A stretch of DNA of 64,000 nt, from assembly GCA_024231215.1 (NCBI GenBank), contig JAAEQR010000195.1, positions 142,755 to 206,754 on the forward strand, given 5' to 3'. Below are positions 41,885 to 51,487 of the stretch, piece by piece. This DNA comes from PVC group bacterium. Lineage in GTDB: Bacteria > Omnitrophota > Gorgyraeia > B26-G9. Numbering within the stretch: the stretch's first letter is position 1; the number at the start of each line of letters is the position of its first letter. The position numbers and the translations under genes are program-made. The notes under the pieces were generated by a model that had not been told where the DNA came from, did no database searches, and was given only the letters and a program-made list of their open reading frames with translations.

Positions 41885-41910
41885 AAAATGAATTAATAAG
41901 GGAGTGAAGT

Positions 41911-42825
41911 ATGAAGCGATGTGATTTATCAATAATTATAGCTAGTTATAATACGAAGCAATTGTTGGAGATGTGCTTGCAATCTATTTATCAGAATACT
42001 CAGGGGATTTTGTTTGAGGTAATTGTAGTGGATGATGGATCGAAAGATGAAAGTCCTGGAATGGTACGCAAGCTTTTTCCTAAGGTACGGTTGATATGCA
42101 ATGAACGCAATCTTAAATACGTGGGGACTAATAACGTGGGATTGCGTGCTGCTTCCGGACGGTATGGGTTGCTGTTAAATAGTGACGTGGAGGTTAAGCC
42201 AGGTGCTTTTGTTACGCTTGTGCGATTTATGGATGCGCATCCGGATGCAGCTGCGGCTGGCCCGAAGCTTATCAACCCTGACGGTTCCATTCAACAATGC
42301 ATTCGAAGTTTTGCAGGGGTGTTTCCTATGATTTGCCAGACGCTCAATTTGCATAAACTTTGGCCGAATAATTTAGTTACTAATAGATATTATTCGGATA
42401 TTGACTATGATCGTATTCAGGTGGTACCTCATATTGGGACTACGGCTTTTATTATTCGTCGTCAGACTTGGGAAACGTTTGGACTGTTGGATGAACGGTT
42501 TGAACAATTCTTTGGCGATTTTTCCTATTGTTATATATTAGGTCAGCATAATCAGAAGATATATTATGTTCCGGAAGCGGTAGTTGTGCATTACGGAAGT
42601 CAATCTATTAATCAGAATGGAATCAAACAGATTCGAGCTTTGCATAAGGCATTGCGAGTTTTTTTTGATATTTATTATGCTCCGCGCTATTTACGTCCAA
42701 TACGTTGGGTTGTGCGAATAGGCATTCGAATGCGGGAAATTTTTAAGGTGTTGGAGTTTAGGCTTTCTCGAGATAAGCGGGTGATTACCGGACCAGGCGC
42801 CCCGTTTTTGAAACGTTCCTCTTAG
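41911..42825 (+). CDS. GT2 glycosyltransferase, WbbL/rhamnosyltransferase-like
   Basis: LSIIIASYN, NNVG, LLLNSD, GPKLINPDGS, LLDERF. Confidence 0.82.
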   Translation: MKRCDLSIIIASYNTKQLLEMCLQSIYQNTQGILFEVIVVDDGSKDESPGMVRKLFPKVRLICNERNLKYVGTNNVGLRAASGRYGLLLNSDVEVKPGAFVTLVRFMDAHPDAAAAGPKLINPDGSIQQCIRSFAGVFPMICQTLNLHKLWPNNLVTNRYYSDIDYDRIQVVPHIGTTAFIIRRQTWETFGLLDERFEQFFGDFSYCYILGQHNQKIYYVPEAVVVHYGSQSINQNGIKQIRALHKALRVFFDIYYAPRYLRPIRWVVRIGIRMREIFKVLEFRLSRDKRVITGPGAPFLKRSS

Positions 42826-42914
42826 AAAAATCATATTTAGACCGTAGGCATAGAACCAAATTCATTGTGGTCGCAATGCATTATAAAGTTATGGAAGCGT
42901 GGCAAGGAGAACCG

Positions 42915-43688
42915 ATGTTTTTTATCGCATCAAAAATATTTCAGATGATTGCTCAGCCGTTTAATGTTGTGCTTATATTGCTTGCGTCTGCTTGGTTTTT
43001 AGGGAAAAGGAATCCATCCGCGGCGAGAATAATAATTGGCATTATTCTTATCTTTTGTTTTGTTTGCGGTTCCGAGGTGTTTTCAGATTATATGTTAAGG
43101 GCTCTTGAACAGCAGGTGCCAAGAGATGTTATCTCCGAAAATATCGATGGAATAATTGTTTTGGTCGGGATAGTGAATATTTATTCAATGCGGGAAGGCG
43201 TGACGGAACTTGTGGAATCTGCCGACCGCATTGTCCAAGGGGTTGTGCTGGCGCGGCAATATCCAAAGGCAAAACTTATAATAACCGGGGCTTCCGGATT
43301 GCTGGATAAATCTGCTTATTTTCGTGAGGCGGATTTGTTAAATGAGCTTGTATTAGCATTGGGGATAAGTAAAGACAGGATTATTCTTGAACGTAACGCG
43401 CGAAATACTCATGAGCATGCGACAGAACTCTCGGCAATGCTGCCTAAAGATGGTAAATGGGTTTTAGTAACATCAGCGTTTCATATGCCCAGGGCGGTGG
43501 GGTGTTTTAAAAAAGCAGGATTTATGGTTAAAGCTTATCCAGTAGATTACCGAACAAGATCAAAGAAGTTTTGTAAAACATCCTTGGAATTATTTGTTCC
43601 GACGCTTTCCGGTTTTAAAAATTTCAATATTGCATTGAAAGAATATATTGGTTTAATAGTATACAGGTTAGCAGGATATATGAATTAG
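42915..43688 (+). CDS. YdcF/ElyC (DUF218) family protein
   Basis: ITGASG, EAD, ERNARNTHE, LVTSAFHMPRA, KEYIG; AAGGAG SD before 42915. Confidence 0.9.
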   Translation: MFFIASKIFQMIAQPFNVVLILLASAWFLGKRNPSAARIIIGIILIFCFVCGSEVFSDYMLRALEQQVPRDVISENIDGIIVLVGIVNIYSMREGVTELVESADRIVQGVVLARQYPKAKLIITGASGLLDKSAYFREADLLNELVLALGISKDRIILERNARNTHEHATELSAMLPKDGKWVLVTSAFHMPRAVGCFKKAGFMVKAYPVDYRTRSKKFCKTSLELFVPTLSGFKNFNIALKEYIGLIVYRLAGYMN

Positions 43689-43699
43689 GTGTTTGCCAG

Positions 43700-44650
43700 A
43701 TGAAAAAAATATTGGTTACCGGAGCAACCGGATTTATTGGGCGTGCAGTATGTGTTAAACTTCTGGAAAATGGATGGAAATTTAAGGCTGTTGTTCGTAA
43801 AGATTTTAACCCCAGTGTTTTGCCGACCGGAATTGAAAAAGTATATATAGAATCGATTGAAAACTATAATTTTTGTGATAAGGATTTTTCCGAAGTAGAA
43901 GCGGTTATTCATTTGGCTGCACGAGTGCATATGATTAATGATAAAGCTGTTGCTCCGCTGGATGCCTTTCGTAAGGTTAATGTGCTTGGGACTAAACGTC
44001 TGGCGCTTGCGGCGGCTAAAGCCGGAGTGAAAAGATTTATTTTTCTTAGTTCAGTTAAAGTCAACGGGGAGACGACTGTCCGGCCTTATACGGAAAAAGA
44101 TAAGCCTGATCCCCAAGATGCGTATGGTGTTAGTAAAAAAGAAGCTGAAGATGCCTTGGCTGATATGGCGGCTGAAACAGGGATGCAAATAGTAATTATC
44201 CGGCCGCCTTTAGTCTATGGGCTTGGAGTTAAGGCTAACTTTAGGAGTTTGATAAAGATCACCAAGGCCGGTATACCTTTACCGTTTAAAAATATTTATA
44301 ATAAGCGTAGTTTTGTTTATCTTGGTAATTTGGCAGATGCTATTATCATATGCATAGACCATATCCGTGCAGCAGGTGAGACGTTCTTGATAAGCGATGG
44401 AGAAGATGTTTCTGTAGCGGAGTTAATAAATAAGATTGCAATTGCTATGAATAGAAAACCGGCGTTATTTTCTTTTAACCAGGGAATATTAAGATCATTT
44501 TGTAAGGTGATTGGTAAAAGCGAAGAGTTAGAAAAATTAGCAGGATCGCTCTTGGTTGACAGTAGTAAGATGAGGAATATACTGGGATGGACTCCTCCAT
44601 TTAGTCTGGAAGAAGGTTTGAAAGAAACGGTTAAACCCTATAAATCATGA
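43700..44650 (+). CDS. UDP-sugar 4-epimerase/4-reductase (WbpV-like SDR)
   Basis: TGATGFIG, HLAARVH, SSVKVNGE, YGVSK, RPPLVYG. Confidence 0.88.
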   Translation: MKKILVTGATGFIGRAVCVKLLENGWKFKAVVRKDFNPSVLPTGIEKVYIESIENYNFCDKDFSEVEAVIHLAARVHMINDKAVAPLDAFRKVNVLGTKRLALAAAKAGVKRFIFLSSVKVNGETTVRPYTEKDKPDPQDAYGVSKKEAEDALADMAAETGMQIVIIRPPLVYGLGVKANFRSLIKITKAGIPLPFKNIYNKRSFVYLGNLADAIIICIDHIRAAGETFLISDGEDVSVAELINKIAIAMNRKPALFSFNQGILRSFCKVIGKSEELEKLAGSLLVDSSKMRNILGWTPPFSLEEGLKETVKPYKS

Positions 44651-45186
44651 TAAAACGTATTTCGGATATTGTTATTGCTGTTTTCCTATTGGCATGCTTA
44701 AGCTTACCGTTTTTTATTTTTGCGATAATCATCAAATTAACCTCTCTTGGGCCGGTATTCTATTGGTCGGACAGAGTGGGTAAGAATAATAAAATATTTA
44801 AGATGTGTAAATTTCGTACTATGCGGATAAATACTCCTGCAGTTGCGACGCATCTTTTAAAAGACGCTTCACAATATATTACCCCAATAGGTTCTTTCTT
44901 GCGCAAGTTTAGTTTAGACGAATTACCGCAGATATTTAATATAATAGCAGGGGACATGACATTTGTCGGACCCAGGCCGGCATTATTTAATCAAGATGAT
45001 TTAATAAATTTGAGAACAAAAAAGAATGTACATACACTTATCCCGGGAGTTACCGGATGGGCTCAGGTCAATGGCCGGGATGAACTTTCTATACCGGTAA
45101 AGGTTGAATTTGATGAGTATTATTTGAAAAACAAAAGCTTGTTTTTAGATGCTAAAATCATACTGCTTACATTGCTAAAGTTATAA
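44647..45186 (+). CDS. Initiating undecaprenyl-phosphate sugar-1-P transferase (C-terminus apparently frameshifted)
   Basis: KFRTM, LRKFSLDELPQ, VGPRP, PGVTGWAQVNGR; the alternate frame continues VIKQEGVEH* to 45209. Confidence 0.9.
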   Translation: MIKRISDIVIAVFLLACLSLPFFIFAIIIKLTSLGPVFYWSDRVGKNNKIFKMCKFRTMRINTPAVATHLLKDASQYITPIGSFLRKFSLDELPQIFNIIAGDMTFVGPRPALFNQDDLINLRTKKNVHTLIPGVTGWAQVNGRDELSIPVKVEFDEYYLKNKSLFLDAKIILLTLLKL

Positions 45187-45333
45187 AGCAAGAAGGTGTA
45201 GAACATTAACAACTGTAAAAGTGTTCATTCCGGCCGTCCAATTATTCTCCAACTTTAATCTTGATATACAGTTACAAGTATTTATCTCTAAAATTTCAGA
45301 ATTGGTCTGAGAAATTGCCGGGATGCGCAATCG

Positions 45334-45362
45334 TTGATAAAAAACTAGCTATATGGTAATAT
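45334..45362 (+). promoter_or_regulatory. Candidate sigma70 promoter for the capD-wza-wzi-wzz block
   Basis: TTGATA-17 nt-TAATAT with a TG extension. Confidence 0.5.
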
Positions 45363-45447
45363 AAACTAAAGTAATTAGTATAAAATAGAGTAATAATAAA
45401 TAAACTTTCATAATAAATTTTATAAAAGCTGAGGATAAGGAGAAATA

Positions 45448-47274
45448 ATGATCGAGCGTTTTAGGAAACCAATACTTTTAATTTGTGATTTGATTTTAAT
45501 AAATTTGTCTATGGGGTTGGCCTTTCTAGTACGATTCGACTGGAATTTGGTGAATGTTGGTGAGAATTGTTTGTATTTTATGGTTTGGACGAGTTTAATT
45601 AGAGTTGTTTTATTTAGTATGTCCGGGCTATACCAATGGTCTTTTCGGTATGCAAGTATCAGTGAGGCGATGAATGTTTTTAGAGTAGTGACTTTAGGCA
45701 GTTTGCTGCTTACCGCAGTTGCCTTTTTTTCTAAACACATGATTATGGGACGGTCTGTTTTAATTATTGATTATCTGGGCTGCTTATTTTTAGTTATTGC
45801 TTCTCGTTTTCTCCCGCGTGTTATTATTAAATTTAAACAACGTCGGATTATTAATCTTAAAAGAGTGCTTATTGTCGGAGCCGGATCTGCGGGGGAAATG
45901 GTTGCCCGGGAATTGATTACTTCTAAGGAGAGAGTTTATGATCCGGTTGGATTTATAGATGATAAGCCAAGTAAGAGGAACGCGCGTATTCACGGTATAA
46001 AAGTTCTTGGGAAGATGAGTGATATCAGTGTTCTTGTGAAATACTGTAGCATTGAAGAAATAATTATTGCTATTCCATCTGCTTCCGGGAAAATAATACG
46101 GGATATAATCGAAAAATGTAAAAAGACAGGTGTGAAGATTAAAATTGTTCCGGAGCTGCATAAAATTCTCACTGGAGAGGTTTCTATACGGCAGATACGG
46201 GAAGTGCGGCCGGAAGATCTTTTAGGTCGGGAAAGTATAAATATTGATATAAAAAATATAAATTCTTTTATCCAAGATAAAGTAGTTTTAGTTACCGGAT
46301 CAGCCGGAACAATTGGCTCAGAACTTTGTCGTCAGATTATAAAATTTAAACCCCGGCTGCTAGTTTTATATGATTATAATGAAAATGATTTTTACTTTTT
46401 ACAGTTAGAACTCAGGGATAAATATCCAGATATAAAATTAAAGACAATTATCGGAGATATAAAAGATCTGGGATTGCTTAACCATATATTTTCTCAGTTC
46501 AGGCCTCATATTGTATTTCATTCTGCAGCACATAAGCATGTGCCGCTTATGGAAGAAAACCCTGTGGCTGCGGTAAAAAACAATGTGATTGGGACAAAGA
46601 ATTTTATGAACGCAGTTGAGCATTACGGGGTTGAGCGGTTTGTGTTGATTTCTACAGATAAGGCAGTAAATCCGACGAGTATTATGGGAGCATCCAAGCG
46701 TATTGCTGAGATGATGGTTCAGGCAAGGACGAAAACTTCTCAGACAAAATTTATGGCAGTACGGTTTGGGAATGTTATTGGTTCCAGCGGAAGCGCCGTA
46801 TTGATCTTTAAAAAACAGATTGAAAAAGGTGGTCCGGTTACGGTAACTCATCCGGATGTCAAACGCTTTTTTATGACCGCAAGTGAAGCAGTTCAGCTGG
46901 TTATTCAGGCTGCGGTATTGGGTAAGGGCGGAGAAGTATTTATTCTGGATATGGGCCAGCAAATAAAAATTGCGGATCTAGCTAAAGGGCTGATTACTTT
47001 GTCCGGATTAAAGCCGGAAGAAGATATCCCAATTACGTTTACCGGATTGCGGCCGGGAGAAAAATTATATGAAGAAGTATTACTTAATATAGAAAAAGAT
47101 AAGGCTACGAAACATGATAAAATTTATATCACCCAGCCAAACCATTTTGATCCACGGAAACTGCAGTCTCAGATAAAAGAACTGGAAGAGCTGGCTAATA
47201 TTATAGATAACGAAGGTGTTATTAGCAAAATAAAAGAACTTGTCCCGACTTATTCCGGGAATAAAAAAAAGTAG
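45448..47274 (+). CDS. capD: Membrane-bound UDP-GlcNAc 4,6-dehydratase (CapD/WbpM/PglF family)
   Basis: 4 N-terminal TM segments, GAGSAG, EDLLGR, GSAGTIGSE, HKHVP, STDKAVNP.SIMGASK, RFGNV. Confidence 0.9.
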   Translation: MIERFRKPILLICDLILINLSMGLAFLVRFDWNLVNVGENCLYFMVWTSLIRVVLFSMSGLYQWSFRYASISEAMNVFRVVTLGSLLLTAVAFFSKHMIMGRSVLIIDYLGCLFLVIASRFLPRVIIKFKQRRIINLKRVLIVGAGSAGEMVARELITSKERVYDPVGFIDDKPSKRNARIHGIKVLGKMSDISVLVKYCSIEEIIIAIPSASGKIIRDIIEKCKKTGVKIKIVPELHKILTGEVSIRQIREVRPEDLLGRESINIDIKNINSFIQDKVVLVTGSAGTIGSELCRQIIKFKPRLLVLYDYNENDFYFLQLELRDKYPDIKLKTIIGDIKDLGLLNHIFSQFRPHIVFHSAAHKHVPLMEENPVAAVKNNVIGTKNFMNAVEHYGVERFVLISTDKAVNPTSIMGASKRIAEMMVQARTKTSQTKFMAVRFGNVIGSSGSAVLIFKKQIEKGGPVTVTHPDVKRFFMTASEAVQLVIQAAVLGKGGEVFILDMGQQIKIADLAKGLITLSGLKPEEDIPITFTGLRPGEKLYEEVLLNIEKDKATKHDKIYITQPNHFDPRKLQSQIKELEELANIIDNEGVISKIKELVPTYSGNKKK

Positions 47275-47282
47275 GAGAGTAT

Positions 47283-49760
47283 ATGGCAAAACAGATATTA
47301 AAAAACGGATTTAGAAATATTTGCGTATATTTAACTTGTCTGGGGTTATTGTTAAGTGCGGCTTTGCCGATGGCAGTTGCCTATGAGCCCGATGAGGGTC
47401 GTGAAAAACTGAAACAGGTAATGCGGGATTCAGATCTTTCCGAAGAAGAATCTAATTTGCTAAATGAAGAAATGCAAGGGGATGAAGGGATAGAGGGTGA
47501 AGAACCGGAAGAAGCTGATCTTGGTGAAGAAAGCAAAGAAGATGAGAAGATGTTAGAAGAGGAAGAATTGGCCAAGAATATTCCGAATATATCTTCCCTG
47601 GAACAGATGTTTGAGGGGAAAGCATCGCTTGATCTTTCTCGTTCCATAAAACAGTTTGGATATGATATTTTTCAGGCATCTTCTACCTTTGCGCCGGTAC
47701 AAAATGTTCCGGTGGGGCCGGATTATGTTATTGGTTCCGGAGACAGCTTGATTGTTTATATCTGGGGGAAAGTTGTTCAGGAAACATTTAACGTAAAAGT
47801 AGACAGGGACGGCAAAATTACGTTACCTAAATCTGGTAATATCTATGTTTGGGGTTTAAAATTTTCTGAGGTTGAGAAGTTAATTAAAAACACACTTGCT
47901 CAGCATTATGCGAATTTACAGATTAGTGTGACTATGGGCAGGCTGCGATCGATAAAGGTGTTTGTTTTGGGTGATGTTACCCGGCCGGGAGCTTATACAA
48001 TGAGTTCACTTTCGACGGTGTTCCACTCTATCTATGAGGCTGGCGGCCCGACAAAATTAGGCAGTATGCGTTTTGTAAAGCTGATTCGGAATAATGAGAC
48101 TATCGATACGATTGATCTTTATAACTTTTTGTTAGAAGGGGATAAAAGTCAGGATCATAAGCTGCTTTCTAATGATACGATATTTGTTCCTTCGATTGGC
48201 CGGGTTGCCGGTGTTGCCGGAAGAGTAAAACGCCCGGGTATTTATGAGATAACGCAGGATGTGAAAATGAGTGAGCTGATAAAAATGAGCGGCGGGCTTA
48301 CACCTGAAGGTTATGTTCAGCGTATACAATTAGAACGTATTCAGGAGCGTCAGCGTAGAGTGGTTATTGATCTAAAATTAAAAGATATTGATGAATTAGA
48401 AAATTCTCAGGAGGATATTGCCATTCAGGATGGTGATTTAGTGCTGATTTTTTCTATTCTGCCTGAAAAATATAATTTTGTTTCAGTAAGTGGTAATGTG
48501 TTTAGACCGGGAGATTATGAATTTACAGCGCAAATGAGAGTTAAGGACTTGCTGGATAATGCCGGAGGTATTTCCGTGGGGACTTACTTGGAAAGAGCTG
48601 AACTTTTTAGATATAAAGATGATCGTTCTAGAGAAGTCATCCCTGTGAATTTAAAAGTACTTTTACAGGGAAAAGACGAAAAGGAAAATTTATTATTGCA
48701 GGACTGGGACGATTTGGTGGTTTACGCGAAAAGTGATGTTTTGCCGGAGCGCTATGTACAGATAAGCGGGGCAATATATAAGCCGGGTGAGTATGAGCTT
48801 ACTTCGAACATGAAGATCAATGATTTAATTTTTAGGGCTGGAAATTTAAAACAAACAGCTTCTTTAGCGAATGCGGAATTATTTCGCGTGGGCAACGGAG
48901 AAGGGACAAAAATATACAGCCTTGATCTTTCTAAAAAAATAGGGGGAGATAGCTGCCCTTATAAGATATTACTTCATGAGGATGATCACTTATATATCAG
49001 AGAAGAAAAGGAGCGGAGAGAGAAGAGGATAATTACACTTAAAGGGGAAGTGAAGTTTCCCGGGGAATATGTGGCTGCGAAAGATGAGAGTTTAAGTTCA
49101 ATTGTTAAGCGTGCCGGTGGGTTTACAAAAGAGGCATTTTTAAAAGGTGCGGTTTTTACACGTGAATCTGTAAAGGAAGTTCAGCAGCAAATGGTGGATA
49201 GATTTATTGCCTCGGAGAAAAAATCGCTTCTGCAGCTTGAATCTAAATTGGAGAAGAGTGATATTTCGCAGGCAGAACAGCAGGAAAAAGAAACTACATT
49301 CCAGCGCAGAAAAGAACTAGTGGAGCTTGTATCTTCGATAGAGGTTGTGGGGCGTATGGTGATTGATCTGAAAGATCCTTATGAGTTGAGTGGTACACAG
49401 AGTGATGTAGTGATTGAAGACGAAGATATATTGTATGTCCCTCCGGTGCCTTCTTCAGTCCAGATTGTGGGCAGTGTATATAATCCAACATCTGTTGTTT
49501 TCGAAACGGAAAAGACAATGAAATATTATTTGAAGAAGGCGGGTGGTTTCACTAAAAACGCTGATAAAAAATCGATTTATATTGTACGTGCAAATGGAGA
49601 AGTTGAATCGGAATTTGTACGAATACAGGAAGTAGACAAAGGGGATACGATTGTAGTTCCCGAAGAGTTTAAGACAAAGACACAATGGGGTAAACTGTGG
49701 CTAGATACAACACAGATAATGTATAACATGGCTGTGGGTGCTGCGGTGGTATTGGACTAA
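47283..49760 (+). CDS. wza: Large Wza/OPX polysaccharide export protein with multiple SLBB domains
   Basis: Signal peptide, FGYDIF, PDYVIGSGD, repeated V.G.V.RPG.Y SLBB units, GDTIVVP. Confidence 0.88.
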   Translation: MAKQILKNGFRNICVYLTCLGLLLSAALPMAVAYEPDEGREKLKQVMRDSDLSEEESNLLNEEMQGDEGIEGEEPEEADLGEESKEDEKMLEEEELAKNIPNISSLEQMFEGKASLDLSRSIKQFGYDIFQASSTFAPVQNVPVGPDYVIGSGDSLIVYIWGKVVQETFNVKVDRDGKITLPKSGNIYVWGLKFSEVEKLIKNTLAQHYANLQISVTMGRLRSIKVFVLGDVTRPGAYTMSSLSTVFHSIYEAGGPTKLGSMRFVKLIRNNETIDTIDLYNFLLEGDKSQDHKLLSNDTIFVPSIGRVAGVAGRVKRPGIYEITQDVKMSELIKMSGGLTPEGYVQRIQLERIQERQRRVVIDLKLKDIDELENSQEDIAIQDGDLVLIFSILPEKYNFVSVSGNVFRPGDYEFTAQMRVKDLLDNAGGISVGTYLERAELFRYKDDRSREVIPVNLKVLLQGKDEKENLLLQDWDDLVVYAKSDVLPERYVQISGAIYKPGEYELTSNMKINDLIFRAGNLKQTASLANAELFRVGNGEGTKIYSLDLSKKIGGDSCPYKILLHEDDHLYIREEKERREKRIITLKGEVKFPGEYVAAKDESLSSIVKRAGGFTKEAFLKGAVFTRESVKEVQQQMVDRFIASEKKSLLQLESKLEKSDISQAEQQEKETTFQRRKELVELVSSIEVVGRMVIDLKDPYELSGTQSDVVIEDEDILYVPPVPSSVQIVGSVYNPTSVVFETEKTMKYYLKKAGGFTKNADKKSIYIVRANGEVESEFVRIQEVDKGDTIVVPEEFKTKTQWGKLWLDTTQIMYNMAVGAAVVLD

Positions 49761-49788
49761 TCTCGTATTTAGTATCTAGTATCTCGTG
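49761..49788. repeat. Heptamer array (4 units)
   Basis: TCTCGTA TTTAGTA TCTAGTA TCTCGTG directly after the wza stop. Confidence 0.65.
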
Positions 49789-49840
49789 AATGGGGTAAAT
49801 CTTGTAGAGACAGGGAGTGTCGGAGATTAAAATATAAAGG

Positions 49841-51385
49841 ATGATGTTGAAAAAGAAACAGTTAATTGTTTTATATATTTTTGCATTTTTTTTGATAGCA
49901 TCGAATATTTATGCTGGGGATTTGCAGCTTGGGAGTAGTAGTTATGATGATCTGGATAAGCTGGTTGTTTGCGGCTTAGCAGAAATGTCTGAAGTTGGAC
50001 CTAAGCCTGTTTCACGCTTAAGAGCTGCCGGGGTTGTGGTCGAAGCGGTGTACAGGATCCGAGAAAAAGATGTTGAACATGTTATATATTCGCATGATTT
50101 AGAAAGTGCTCTTTTGCGTTTAAGTAAAGAATTGCGTCTGGAAGTAGATATGATCGCACCCGGATTATTTAGTTCAGAAAAAGAAGAAGCAAAATTTATC
50201 AGTTCTTTGATTGTTTTGGAAAAGCGTTTGGACTGTGGGGTATTTGATAAGGTCAAAACATATGATGTGCCGAATGCTTACGGCCGCAAGACATTTGACG
50301 GAGGGAATGCCCAGATATCAGCAAAAGGTGATTTTTACTATGGGGAGAACTTAAGTTTTTCTCTGGAACCAATATTATTTTATGGGGCGGAAGAGAGAGA
50401 AACACTTCTACACCAGGCATATTGTGCGATAGGCTATTCTAACTTAGAGCTTAAATTAGGTCGAATGCCGATGTGGTATGGAAATGGATATCATGGCAGT
50501 TTACTTCTTTCCAATAACAGCTCTCCGTTTGAAACAATAGAGATAAAAAACAGGGAGTCTTTTTTACTGCCAGGATTTTTGGAATACTTAGGCTTGTTTA
50601 ATACTCAGGTTTTTCTGGCTCGCTTAAGCGCAGACCGGGAATTTCCTCGATTATCTTTTATTGGTACAAGAGTAGAGATGTATCCATTTTCGTTTGTCGG
50701 AGTTGGGGTTAATCATACGGCGATGTTTGGCGGTAAGGGCAACGGTGGTTTAAACGGAGAAAATTGGCTCGAGAATTTTATTGCTAATGGCGCGGGATCA
50801 ACTGCTGATGCAGCCAACCATCTTACTTCTATTGATATGCAGGTAGTTTTGCCTGCGTATTTACATGAATATTTTCCTTTGGCTAACGGCTTGAAAGTTT
50901 TTGCTGAAATGGGAGCAGAAGATAGCGGGGCTGACGCAGGCCTGGATTTTACGCACAAAGGCTATTTGTGCGGGGCTTATTTGCCTGGGCTTTTTAAAAT
51001 TGATACAGTTGATTTGCGTTTAGAATTTGCCCAAACTGATAGTGTTTGGTATGTTCACGGTAGGTTGGTTGATGGATATACTTATAAAAGAGATGTTATC
51101 GGTCATCATATGGGGACAGATGCCCAGGATATCTTTGCCCAGATAAGTTGGCATCTTTATGAAAACCTATTGTTTAAGTTTGCTCTTAATCGGGAACAGA
51201 GGTTGAGAACTCAACCGATATCAGAAACAAGGAATGAATTGAATATCAGCATGGAGCATGATTTCCGGAAACATTGGACGATACTGTGCGGATATTCTTT
51301 TATTGATATTACTAATTTAGAAAATATAAGTGGTAGGGACGATATAATCCACATTTTTTCTGTGGGCAGCAAATACCGGTTTTGA
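49841..51385 (+). CDS. wzi: Capsule assembly Wzi-family outer-membrane barrel
   Basis: Signal peptide, GRMPMWYGNG..GSLLLSNN, IGHHMGTDA, C-terminal YRF. Confidence 0.85.
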   Translation: MMLKKKQLIVLYIFAFFLIASNIYAGDLQLGSSSYDDLDKLVVCGLAEMSEVGPKPVSRLRAAGVVVEAVYRIREKDVEHVIYSHDLESALLRLSKELRLEVDMIAPGLFSSEKEEAKFISSLIVLEKRLDCGVFDKVKTYDVPNAYGRKTFDGGNAQISAKGDFYYGENLSFSLEPILFYGAEERETLLHQAYCAIGYSNLELKLGRMPMWYGNGYHGSLLLSNNSSPFETIEIKNRESFLLPGFLEYLGLFNTQVFLARLSADREFPRLSFIGTRVEMYPFSFVGVGVNHTAMFGGKGNGGLNGENWLENFIANGAGSTADAANHLTSIDMQVVLPAYLHEYFPLANGLKVFAEMGAEDSGADAGLDFTHKGYLCGAYLPGLFKIDTVDLRLEFAQTDSVWYVHGRLVDGYTYKRDVIGHHMGTDAQDIFAQISWHLYENLLFKFALNREQRLRTQPISETRNELNISMEHDFRKHWTILCGYSFIDITNLENISGRDDIIHIFSVGSKYRF

Positions 51386-51487
51386 TAGATTTTAGAATGT
51401 CTCGCATTTAGCGGGATTAATTCGCGCAAATGATTTACGTCATAGAAATAATCCGTAAATCATGCGCTTATTAAGAAAGGGAAAAAC

